A program made the position numbers and the translations under genes. Positions 15,001 to 24,900 of a DNA stretch of 64,000 nt are shown here, in pieces. This DNA is from Lytechinus pictus (lineage: Eukaryota), in contig NC_087250.1 in the NCBI RefSeq assembly GCF_037042905.1, positions 6,076,001 through 6,140,000 of the forward strand, in the 5' to 3' direction. How positions within the stretch are numbered: position 1 is the first letter of the stretch; the number at the start of each line of letters is the position of its first letter. The notes beneath the pieces are model-generated. The model saw only the letters and a program-made list of their open reading frames with translations, ran no database searches and was not told the DNA's origin.

Positions 15001-15068
15001 CCACCCCTATGTCTATCACAGTCTATTTAGAATCCAAGGATGATTCGCATAAAGCAGTAAAGTTGTAA
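1..15068 (+). CDS. Gene A (5'-partial, 16 exons): multi-death-domain / ZU5-UPA adaptor-like protein, about 900 aa in window; architecture (UPA)-DD-DD-linker-DD-DD-ZU5-UPA-DD
   Basis: Exons 1-80, 1149-1308, 2176-2221, 2543-2823, 4122-4152, 4879-5138, 5368-5475, 6363-6686, 7733-7981, 8574-8903, 9403-9620, 10296-10430, 11888-12041, 12638-12671, 14639-14904, 15022-15068. All introns are GT..AG and the phases chain without a frameshift (0,1,2,1,2,1,1,1,1,1,0,0,1,2,1) to TAA at 15066-15068. Domains were assigned by motif recognition. Confidence 0.85.
162..404. mobile_element. Non-autonomous foldback DNA element (MITE) with CACTG termini
   Basis: CACTGCAAAA...TTTTGGCAGTG, about 45-bp imperfect TIRs, TG dinucleotide on both sides. 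Confidence 0.8.
1149..1308 (+). CDS. Gene A exon, C-terminal UPA-like segment (VLLLKDIKSKLKH...AFVIRCS)
   Basis: ctgcag| acceptor, TCAG|gtaaaa donor, phase 0 to 1; similar size and same phase as exon 11888-12041. Confidence 0.7.
1371..1630 (+). repeat. Two-copy tandem duplication (~120-140 bp) in intron
   Basis: tctatgatgaagacta...ccacaggtacggtcaatagttcag...aatcttagaacatt occurs at about 1371 and about 1487. Confidence 0.85.
1909..2073. mobile_element. Palindromic CACTG-terminated MITE; related copies near 54195-54358 and 62533-62652
   Basis: CACTGTAAAAA...TTTTTACAGTG with internal inverted gtatagtgactgcactacgagtgctga; TG flanks. Confidence 0.85.
2176..2221 (+). CDS. Gene A 46-nt linker mini-exon (GEPGTEHSLQPPSFAP)
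   Basis: ttttcgacag| acceptor, |gtaagt donor, phase 1 to 2 as needed to join its neighbours. Confidence 0.75.
2543..2823 (+). CDS. Gene A exon, death domain 1
   Basis: IADKMTVDQYYDLGVALGFRVQQLDVMEY...AFYDMLKQWRQ fits the death-fold pattern (LG.LG...L..I; ML..W); tctag| acceptor, G|gtttgc donor. Confidence 0.9.
3028..4042. mobile_element. ~1-kb non-autonomous foldback element, Tc1/mariner-like (TA flanks, CAG termini)
   Basis: TA|CAGCGC..AAAAATGTCCCTCTG ... CAGAGGGACATTTTT..GCGCTG|TA, plus long internal inverted blocks (tcatgatctaactt / aagttagatcatga; ttccaagtttgca / tgcaaacttggaa). Confidence 0.75.
4122..4152 (+). CDS. Gene A 31-nt mini-exon (DWITHAKIPAT)
   Basis: Polypyrimidine tract then tttacag|; AC|gtattc donor; phase 1 to 2 bridges the DD1 and DD2 exons; the paralog has a mini-exon at the same position (53383-53398). 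Confidence 0.6.
4879..5138 (+). CDS. Gene A exon, death domain 2
   Basis: EISDKFLVEFSRKIKGNKFFVIGEMLGLTKRELEHIQH...ANIQMLSKWK; aacag| acceptor, G|gtatga donor. Confidence 0.9.
5368..5475 (+). CDS. Gene A linker exon (DEDVSHQPKRIHVKRTRSEE...)
   Basis: ttttcag| acceptor, G|gtaaga donor, 108 nt, phase 1 to 1. Confidence 0.75.
6363..6686 (+). CDS. Gene A exon, death-fold domain 3
   Basis: EIRIIALQVTSLPLARDLGKALRF...ATLQVIDSWL; cttag| acceptor, G|gtatgt donor, 324 nt. Confidence 0.85.
7733..7981 (+). CDS. Gene A exon, divergent death-fold domain 4
   Basis: IRRIALKMLIEWLDQGGTRERLLKVAQAFRFNDAAVKI is a typical DD C-terminal half; tttacag| acceptor, G|gtacat donor. Confidence 0.85.
8574..8903 (+). 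CDS. Gene A exon, ZU5 domain
   Basis: GIMDHRGVKLFLDKLGITVTIPEGAIPKG...GEVLISPVIE...LIKPATVVVRTC matches ZU5 hallmarks (G..D..G..L, G..V.IP.GA, SPV); tatag| acceptor, G|gtaact donor. Confidence 0.9.
9403..9620 (+). CDS. Gene A exon, end of ZU5 and start of UPA-like domain
   Basis: ITFKTRHLQVFAL...LRCAIFQP...TLRIYILHP; CAG|gtatat donor, phase 1 to 0. Confidence 0.85.
10296..10430 (+). CDS. Gene A exon, UPA-like domain (DIVRSQKCSPVAYCQVMEDLKFSIDSS...)
   Basis: ttttcag| acceptor, ATG|gtgata donor, 135 nt; clear homolog at 55848-55985. Confidence 0.8.
10870..11055. repeat. Imperfect (CAT/ATT)n trinucleotide tract
   Basis: Runs of catcat/attatt/caccat. Confidence 0.9.
11181..11303 (+). pseudogene. 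Duplicated, truncated copy of the exon at 11888 (pseudo-exon or alternative terminal exon), ends in TGA
   Basis: ILIKGILCGKVSHVDFELQFTPKEKGKKKVEMTIRERSII* versus IPIEGVLSGRISHVDFELQFTPKEKGKKKVEMTIQEGSIQY; the upstream intron sequence is duplicated too. Confidence 0.8.
11325..11750. repeat. Imperfect (CAT/CAC)n trinucleotide tract
   Basis: Long catcatcac-type run preceding the second copy of the duplicated exon. Confidence 0.9.
11888..12041 (+). CDS. Gene A exon, C-terminal UPA-like segment
   Basis: ccaag| acceptor, GAAG|gtaaac donor; the homolog at 56489-56633 has the same donor context. Confidence 0.8.
12638..12671 (+). CDS. Gene A 34-nt mini-exon (DEPDYTRDQKDS)
   Basis: atacag| acceptor, TC|gtaagt donor, phase 1 to 2; homolog VEPNYEQTHR at 57372-57399. 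Confidence 0.8.
12687..13102. mobile_element. GC-rich non-autonomous DNA element fragment ending GAGTGCCCCCCCCCCGGG
   Basis: GC-rich island in an AT-rich intron with repeated ccaagg(a)ccccgtttt motifs and a C-run/GGG terminus; only one end recognised. Confidence 0.5.
13386..14345. mobile_element. Probable non-autonomous DNA transposon with repeated CAAGATGGC motifs
   Basis: About five caagatggc-like motifs and an internal duplication (ggacaagt.acaaggac...aaaaatcc.agatggcttccaaaaa); ends approximate. Confidence 0.45.
14639..14904 (+). CDS. Gene A exon, C-terminal death domain
   Basis: VSDGILKILAEEI...LKSLGYQLGFS...VLRDWRRRV...LHAALKNAGLGQSAEIL; ttgtag| acceptor, C|gtaagt donor (read-through would stop at 14912). 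Confidence 0.9.
15022..15068 (+). CDS. Gene A probable terminal coding exon (LYLESKDDSHKAVKL*)
   Basis: tcacag| acceptor, phase 1, in-frame TAA at 15066-15068. Confidence 0.55.
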
Positions 15069-16605
15069 ACCTTTCAGTTGACACGAAATTTGCTCATGTT
15101 ACAATTGTTCTGGGATTAATTTTACAGGGCTAAGGTAGTAGGGTTGTAATAGGGTTTTATGTAAGTTTAGAGTTAAGGTAGGGTAAAGTGTTGAACACAA
15201 GGTTTAAGTTGGTCATTCGATTAGTGTGTAGAATGTAGAGCGGAGGAATATCATTGTCGCCAGAGCAAATGCCAAGGACCAAATTTGAACCATGAATTAT
15301 TTTTTTATCGCACACAAGGACACTTTTACCACTTACATTTTCATTGCCGTGTGGTTTATATAAGAGTGACACCCCCCCCCCAAAAAAAAAAAAAAAAAAA
15401 AACCTCAAGTATTTTTCATTTTCTCTTTTTGTTTGTTCCCAACAACAATGTTGTTATAGTGATCACGACGTCGAAGGCGCACTTTTCACATACCCGAAAA
15501 TTATGGGAGTCAAAGAATTAACAGATTTCCCCCACGAATTTGATATAGAGAGCTCAACGAGATTGATGAAGAAAGCTGAGGTACTGACAACTGTAGGATG
15601 GAACGCCTACGGAGTTCTTCGTGTCTTCAACTTGAAACATTCACAAAATAACCTCTTACATTATATACGATTTTTTTTCAAATTCGTAGTACAGCGGTGA
15701 TATTTACAGGCATGTATTAGTTAAAAATAGTGTATAATAAATAATATTACACAGAACATGAATATATCACAATTTCAATTAGATGATATAAATAGGGGTT
15801 TCTGATTGATCAAATAATCTCAGCGGTCTGCAATTCGTTGTATGCTTACTACCCTTGGATAGACGAATACAATGATGTATTGCTTTTTCTTCCAACCAAC
15901 CATGTTTTTTCTAGTCATATACCACATATGCCATTATGCTACATGCATTTTCACGTTATATTGATATTGTCGTACAACCTGATTAAAGTATTATTTTGTT
16001 TATCTGGCAACATGATAGCCGGTATTTCTCTTTGTTTATCTGGCAATATCATAGCCGGTATTTCGCTTTCTTCCGTAGGTCGATCCTAAATCGTTTTTAT
16101 TGTGTGCGTTGTTTGTTTTATATCTTATTTCTGTATTGAAATAATCATTACATAATATTTGTTTTGTATGATTCAATTTTGATAATACATGTATATTATC
16201 ACCAACATTTAAGACACTAAATATGGTTATGGAAAGCCTGTCCCTTTTGCATTTTATAGAAAGCCTCAAAGTTATCTAGTAATATGTACTATTCTCTCTT
16301 TGCAGTAAGCCTATTGATACTGCGATACAGTTATATACCATGATATAAATTATAACATTTACACAGATTAGACCTATTTGCATTTTTGTACTTTATACCC
16401 TCACCTCCCTCTTGTTGTGTACATTCGAATCCATATGTCATGTATGTACAACTTTTTTAGTCTACAGTGTACTTATTGTCTATAGTAATTTTATATTACA
16501 GTCTTTGCCATCTTGCTTTCCATTGTACAATGATACATATTATGAAGGCCGATATGATTATTTTATTCATGATCTTTTTATTTACACTGAGCCTAGATTT
16601 ATTTC

Positions 16606-16741
16606 CAGGGGCCCGTACCACAAAGCTTAGTAATGATTGTAGAAACACTTTTCTTCGTTTGATTCCATTGACTACGCTACAAAACCAATCGTGAAAATCA
16701 AGCTTACGATTAATCGCTAACCTTTGTGTTACGGGACCCTG
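16606..16741. mobile_element. Short MITE with GGG(G/T)CCCGTA TIRs (PIF/Harbinger-like)
   Basis: caggggcccgtaccacaaagcttag ... ctaacctttgtgttacgggaccctg. Confidence 0.7.
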
Positions 16742-16989
16742 ATCTTTCGCAGTTGTTTTGTTGGAGTCCGTATGTACAGCCTTATTGCAGTCAACAGTTG
16801 CTTTGTTGAATTCATATAACTCATTTTGTGTTATAATAAACACATTTTTGTAGGAAGATATGATTGTTTTATTATTTATGACTTTTTTTACAATCGGCCT
16901 TAATAAGCTGTTTTTCCTGATCTAACCTTGGTTTAGCCAAGAATAGTAATTATAGTAATGTAAAATTGCAAAATTGTATATACAAGCAA

Positions 16990-18125
16990 ATGTTTGCAAA
17001 GTTTAGTTAAGATTAATTTGTAGATTTTTTTTATAAATTATCTGCGTTGTTATACACGCGAATCTTTGCAAGGTGAGCTCCATGATGATCTATGGAAGTA
17101 TTTTTTTAGAAGTATAACTGTGCACCATTGCTAATATCCCTAAAGCGCGATATTAAGTTTGTTTCCAGACTTCATAATGATCTAGCTTATAATAAGAACT
17201 AAATATAGTTTACTTCTTTCATTTTAAGAATTTGTAATGAATCTTTATTAGGCGAGCACCATTAGAGTCTCTTATATACAGATACACGCCAATGTTGATA
17301 TCATCAAAGTGTGATATTAAATTAGCCATATAATCATTGCAACTTAAGTGTAATGTACTTTAAATTTGTAGAGTTTCTTTATACCTCTATTTTGTATATA
17401 AATGCAAATGAATCTTTACTTGGCGAGCACCATGAGAGTCTTCGGATCTTATATATAGTTACACACAAATGATATCATCATTAAGGCGCGATATTCAATC
17501 TGTTTCCCGATTTCATTATGATTTAGCTATGTCAGCTATAAGTATTGCAATTAAGGTGTAGTTTACTTTAATTTGAAGATTTTATTTATACCTCTATCTT
17601 GTATATATTCAAATGAATCTTTACTAGCCAAGCACCATTAGACATGTTAGAGTTAAGGATCTTATATATAGATACACACCAATGTTGTCACTTAAGCGCG
17701 ATATTAAGTTTGTTTCAAGATTTCATCATGACTTCGCCATGTTAGCTATAAGAATTGCAACTAAAGTGTAGTTTACTTTAATCTGTAGATTATGTTTATA
17801 TCTCTATCGTGTATATATAAAAATGAATCTTTACTAGACAAGCACTATTAGAGTTTAAGGATCTTATTTATAGACACACACAATCGTAATTATCATCAAA
17901 GCGCGATATTCAGTTTGTTTCCCGATTTCATTGTGATCTAGCCATGTTAGCTTTGAGAATGGCAACTTAAGTATAGCTTACTTTAATTTGTAGATTTTTT
18001 TATAACTGCAATGTGTTTATATATGTGATTGATTGAATATTTACTAGCCGAGCTCCATGAGAGTACTATATAAATACACACCATTGCTACTATCATTAAA
18101 GCGCGATATTATTTTTTATTTATTT
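16990..18125 (+). repeat. Old degenerate tandem repeat, about 165-210 bp unit, about 6 copies
   Basis: Recurrent gcgcgatatt (about 17146, 17486, 17696, 17901, 18101), gaatctttact..agcaccat and agtttacttt motifs. Confidence 0.8.
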
Positions 18126-18949
18126 ACACTTATATGCAAATGCGTACGCAGTACATACATGTACTTGATGTATATTCACACCCATGCTAAATACAAAAGG
18201 TTAATACGTAACAACGACAAAGAGTTGTTTAAAAATGCCTTTTTAATGATTATTGTATTGCTGATCATAATTTTCCACAAGTTGGCATTAATTGAAATAT
18301 TGAGTGGATGATGATTTACTATCACTTTAAACAAGATTTTGCCTCCCTGGCACAGGTGACACCAAACTAATAATAATAATAATAATGATAATAATGATTT
18401 TGAAATTAATAATAATAATAATATTATTATTATCATTATTGTCATTGGCAACCAACCAACTGTGCCCTTTCGCTCCCCTATGTAATATAGGCCAACACGG
18501 AAGCAATGCAAGGAGTAGTGCAAAATTGCCGAATTTAATATAAGCCTACTCCCAAATGTTAAAAACTTAAGCATGATTAGCATAGATTAACTTAAGATTG
18601 ATTTGTAGATTTTGTTGATATCTGCTGCGCGTTTGTATACATGAAAATATTTACTAGGATAGCACCATGTGCACTTTTTGATCAGTATACAGGTATAGGT
18701 CATATGTATATATATATATATACCCCTTTTTAAATCATTATTATAAAGCACCCTGTATAGCTCAAAGGAAACGCTAATTGTAAATACACTGTACATATCT
18801 AATGTGTCTTCATAAACTTTAAGTTAGTTGTCAACGACATATTTTTTTAAGCACCGTTTATAGTCTTATTACTTATCAAATTAAGCATATTGGCACCTAT
18901 TGATTGAAATAGTACATGATGATTCATTTTCATGTCAATTAAGATTATT

Positions 18950-21900
18950 AAACCAGTCTCCTTTGTTTTTCACTGTAATATATAGGCCAATCTCAAGTTT
19001 GCGTTACTATCTTTGCGTTATATATCATGTTATCATGATTGTAATATATACAATGTAGGGAGATATAATTGTGTTATTCATGACTGTTTACATATACCCC
19101 AACTAAAGCTTTCATTTCATTGGACTAATTGGAAACCAGCCTCCGTTTTTATTATATACAGGCCGATCTCAAGTTTGCGTTACTGTCTTTGCGTTATATA
19201 GCATGCTATCATGATTGTAATATATACAATGTAGGGAGATATAATTGTATTATTCACGACTGTTTACATATATCCCAACTAAAGCTTTCATTTCATTGGA
19301 ATAATTTGAAACCAGCCTCCTTTGTTTTTACTATATATAGGCCAATCTCAAGTTTGCGTTTCTATCTTTGATTTATATATCATGTTATCATGATTGTAAT
19401 ATACATAATGTACAGTGTAGGGAGATATAATTGTGTTATTCACGACTGTTTACATATATTCCAACTAAAGCTTTCATTTTATTGGAATAATTGAAAACCA
19501 GCCTCCTTTGTTTTGACTATATATAGGCCAATCTCAAGTTTGCGTTAGTCTCTTTGCGTTATATAGCATGCTATCATGATTGCAATATATATAATGTAGG
19601 TAGATATAATTGTGTTATTCATGACTGTTTACATATATCCCAACTAAAGCTTTCATTTCATTGGAATAATTTGAAACCAGCCTCCTTTGTTTTTATTATA
19701 TACAGGCCGATCTCAAGTTTGCGTTACTGTCTTTGCGGTATATAGCATGTTATCATGATTGTAATATATACAATGTAGGGAGATATAATTGTGTTATTCA
19801 CGACTGTTTACATATATCCCAACTAAAGCTTTCATTTCATTGGAATAATTTGAAACCAGCCTCCTTTGTTTTTACTATATATAGGCCAATCTCAAGTTTG
19901 CGTTTCTATCTTTGCGTTATATATCATGTTATCATGATTGTAATATACATAATGAACAGTGTAGGTAGATATAATTGTGTTATTCATGACTGTTTACATA
20001 TATCCCAACTAAAGCTTTCATTTCATTGGAATAATTTGAAACCAGCCTCCTTTGTTTTTATTATATACAGGCCGATCTCAAGTTTGCGTTACTGTCTTTG
20101 CGTTATATAGCATGTTATCATGATTGTAATATATACAATGTAGGGAGATATAATTGTGTTATTCACGACTGTTTACATATATCCCAACTAAAGCTTTCAT
20201 TTCATTGGAATAATTTGAAACCAGCCTCCTTTGTTTTTACTATATATAGGCCAATCTCAAGTTTGCGTTTCTATCTTTGCGTTATATATCATGTTATCAT
20301 GATTGTAATATACATAATGAACAGTGTAGGTAGATATAATTGTGTTATTCATGACTGTTTACTTATATCAACTCAAGCTTTCATTTCATTGGAATAATTG
20401 AAAACCAGCCTCCTTTGTTTTTACTATATATAGGCCAATCTCAAGTTTGCGTTACTGTCTTTGCGTTATATAGCATGCTATCATGATTGTAATATATATA
20501 TAATGTAGGCAGATATAATTGTGTTATTCATGACTGTTTACATATATCAACTAAAGCTTTCATTTCATTGGAATAATTGGAAATCAGCCTCCTTTGTTTT
20601 TACTATATATAGGCCAATCTCAAGTTTGCGTTAGTCTCTTTGCGTTATATAGCATGCTATCATGATTGTAATATATATAATGTAGGCAGATATAGTTGTG
20701 TTATTCACGACTGTTTACATATATCCCAACTAAAGCTTTCATTTCATTGGAATAATTGAAAACCAGCCTCCTTTGTTTTGACTATATATAGGCCAATCTC
20801 AAGTTTGCGTTAGTCTCTTTGCGTTATATAGCATGCTATCATGATTGTAATATATATATAATGTAGGCAGATATAATTGTTTTATTCATGACTGTTTACA
20901 TATATCAACTAAAGCTTTCATTTCATTGGAATAATTGAAAACAAGCCTCCTTTGTTTTTACTATATATAGGCCAATCTCAAGTTTGCGTTACTGTCTTTG
21001 CGTTATATAGCATGTTATCATGATTGTAATGAATATAATGTAAGGAGATATAATTGTGATATTCACGACTGTTTACATATATCCCAACTAAAGCTTTCAT
21101 TTCATTGGAATAATTGGAAACCGGCCTCCTTTGTTTTTACTATATATAGGCCAATCTCAAGTTTGCGTTACTGTCTTTGCGTGATATAGCATGTTATCAT
21201 GATTGTAATATATATAATGTAGGGAGATGTAATTGTGTTATTCACGACTGTTTACATATATCCCAACTAAAGCTTTCATTTCATTGGAATAATTGGAAAC
21301 CAGCCTCCTTTGTTTTTACTATATATAGGCCAATCTCAAGTTTGCGTTACTGTCTTTGCGTTATATAGCATGCTATCATGATTGTAATATATATAATGCA
21401 GGGAGATATAATTGTGTTATTCACGACTGTTTACATATATCCCAACTAAAGCTTTCATTTCATTGGAATAATTGGAAACCAGCCTCCTTTGTTTTTACTA
21501 TATATAGGCCAATCTCAAATTTGCGTTACTGTCTTTGCGTTATATATCATGTTATCATGATTGTAATATACATAATGTACAGTGTAGGGAGATATAGTTG
21601 TGTTATTCACGACTGTTTACATATATGTACTAAAGCTTTCATTTTATTGGAATAATTGAAAACCAGCCTCCTTTGTTTTGACTATATATAGGCCAATCTC
21701 AAGTTTGCGTTAGTCTCTTTGCGTTATATAGCATGCTATCATGATTGTAATATATATATAATGTAGGCAGATATAATTGTGTTATTCATGACTGTTTACA
21801 TATATCAACTAAAGCTTTCATTTCATTGGAATAATTGAAAACCAGCCTGCTTTGTTTTTACTATATATAGGCCAATCTCAAGTTTGCGTTACTGTCTTTG

Positions 21901-24900
21901 CGTTATATAGCATGTTATCATGATTGTAATGAATATAATGTAAGGAGATATAATTGTGTTATTCATGACTGTTTACATATACCCCAACTAAAGCTTTCAT
22001 TTCATTGGAATAATTGGAAACCAGCCTCCTTTGTTTTTACTACATATAGGCCAATCTCAAGTTTGCGTTACTGTCTTTGCGTGATATAGCATGTTATCAT
22101 GATTGTAATATATATAATGTAGGGAGATGTAATTGTGTTATTCACGACTGTTTACATATATCCCAACTAAAGCTTTCATTTCATTGGAATAATTGGAAAC
22201 CAGCCTCCTTTGTTTTTACTATATGTAGGCCAATCTCAAGTTTGCGTTAGTCTCTTTGCGTTATATAGCATGCTATCATGATTGTAATATACATAATGTA
22301 GGCAGATATAATTGTGTTATTCACGACTGTTTACATATATGAACTAAAGCTTTCATTTCATTGGAATAATTGGAAACCAGCCTCCTTTGTTTTTACTACA
22401 TATAGGCCAATCTCAAGTTTGCGTTACTGTCTTTGCGTGATATAGCATGTTATCATGATTGTAATATATATAATGTAGGGAGATGTAATTGTGTTATTCA
22501 CGACTGTTTACATATATCCCAACTAAAGCTTTCATTTCATTGGAATAATTGGAAACCAGCCTCCTTTGTTTTTACTATATGTAGGCCAATCTCAAGTTTG
22601 CGTTAGTCTCTTTGCGTTATATAGCATGTTATCATGATTGTAATATATATAATGTAGGCAGATATAGTTGTGTTATTCACGACTGTTTACATATATGAAC
22701 TAAAGCTTTCATTTCATTGGAATAATTGAAAACCAGCCTCCTTTGTTTTGACTATATATAGGCCAATCTCAAGTTTGCGTTATTCTCTTTGCGTTATATA
22801 GCATGCTATTATGATTGTAATATATATAATGTAGGCAGATATAGTTGTGTTATTCACGACTGTTTACATATATGAACTAAAGCTTTCATTTCATTGGAAT
22901 AATTGAAAACCAGCCTCCTTTGTTTTGACTATATATAGGCCAGTCTCAAGTTTGCGTTACTGTCTTTGCGTGATATAGCATGTTATCATGATTGTAATAT
23001 ATATAATGTAGGGAGATGTAATTGTGTTATTCACGACTGTTTACATATATCCCAACTAAAGCTATCATTTCATTGGAATAATTGGAAACCAGCCTCCTTT
23101 GTTTTTACTATATATAGGCCAATCTCAAGTTTGCGTTACTGTATTTGCGTTATATAGCATGCTATCATGATTGTAATATATATAATGTAGGGAGATATAA
23201 TTGTGTTATTCACGACTGTTTACATATATCCCAACTAAAGCTTTCATTTCATTGGAATAATTGGAAACCAGCCTCCTTTGTTTTTACTATATATAGGCCA
23301 ATCTCAAATTTGCGTTACTGTCTTTGCGTTATATATCATGTTATCATGATTGTAATATACATAATGTACAGTGTAGGGAGATATAGTTGTGTTATTCACG
23401 ACTGTTTACATATATGAACTAAAGCTTTCATTTTATTGGAATAATTGAAAACCAGCCTCCTTTGTTTTTACTACATATAGGCCAATCTCAAGTTTGCGTT
23501 ACTGTCTTTGCGTGATATAGCATGTTATCATGATTGTAATATATATAATGTAGGGAGATGTAATTGTGTTATTCACGACTGTTTACATATATCCCAACTA
23601 AAGCTTTCATTTCATTGGAATAATTGGAAACCAGCCTCCTTTGTTTTTACTATATGTAGGCCAATCTCAAGTTTGCGTTAGTCTCTTTGCGTTATATAGC
23701 ATGCTATCATGATTGTAATATATATATAATGTAGGCAGATATAATTGTGTTATTCATGACTGTTTACATATATCAACTAAAGCTTTCATTTCATTGGAAT
23801 AATTCGAAACCAGCCTCCTTTGTTTTGACTATATATAGGCCAATCTCAAGTTTGCGTTAGTCTCTTTGCGTTATATAGCATGCTATCATGATTGTAATAT
23901 ATATAATGTAGGCAGATATAGTTGTGTTATTCACGACTGTTTACATACATGAACTAAAGCTTTCATTTTATTGGAATAATTGAAAACCAGCCTCCTTTGT
24001 TTTGACTATATATAGGCCAATCTCAAGTTTGCGTTAGTCTCTTTGCGTTATATAGCATGCTATCATGATTGTAATATATATATAATGTAGGCAGATATAA
24101 TTGTGTTATTCATGACTGTTTACATATATCAACTAAAGCTTTCATTTCATTGGAATAATTCGAAACCAGCCTCCTTTGTTTTGACTATATATAGGCCAAT
24201 CTCAAGTTTGCGTTAGTCTCTTTGCGTTATATAGCATGCTATCATGATTGTAATATATATAATGTAGGCAGATATAGTTGTGTTATTCACGACTGTTTAC
24301 ATATATGAACTAAAGCTTTCATTTCATTGGAATAATTGAAAACCAGCCTCCTTTGTTTTGACTATATATAGGCCAATCTCAAGTTTGCGTTAGTCTCTTT
24401 GCGTTATATAGCATGCTATCATGATTGTAATATATATATAATGTAGGCAGATATAATTGTGTTATTCATGACTGTTTACATATATCAACTAAAGCTTTCA
24501 TTTCATTGGAATAATTGAAAACAAGCCTCCTTTGTTTTTACTATATATAGGCCAATCTCAAGTTTGCGTTACTGTCTTTGCGTTATATAGCATGTTATCA
24601 TGATTGTAATGAATATAATGTAAGGAGATATAATTGTGATATTCACGACTGTTTACATATATCCCAACTAAAACTTTCATTTCATTGGAATAATTGGAAA
24701 TCAGCCTCCTTTGTTTTTACTATATATAGGCCAATCTCAAGTTTGCGTTAGTCTCTTTGCGTTATATAGCATGCTATCATGATTGTAATATATATAATGT
24801 AGGGAGATATAATTGTGTTATTCACGACTGTTTACATATATCCCAACTAAAGCTTTCATTTCATTGGAATAATTGGAAACCAGCCTCCTTTGTTTTTACT

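Noticed and set aside
1-15068. Assigning UNC5, PIDD1, UNC5CL or ankyrin as the gene symbol
   Set aside because: The domain types are shared but the five-DD architecture matches none of them, and orthology cannot be shown from this window.
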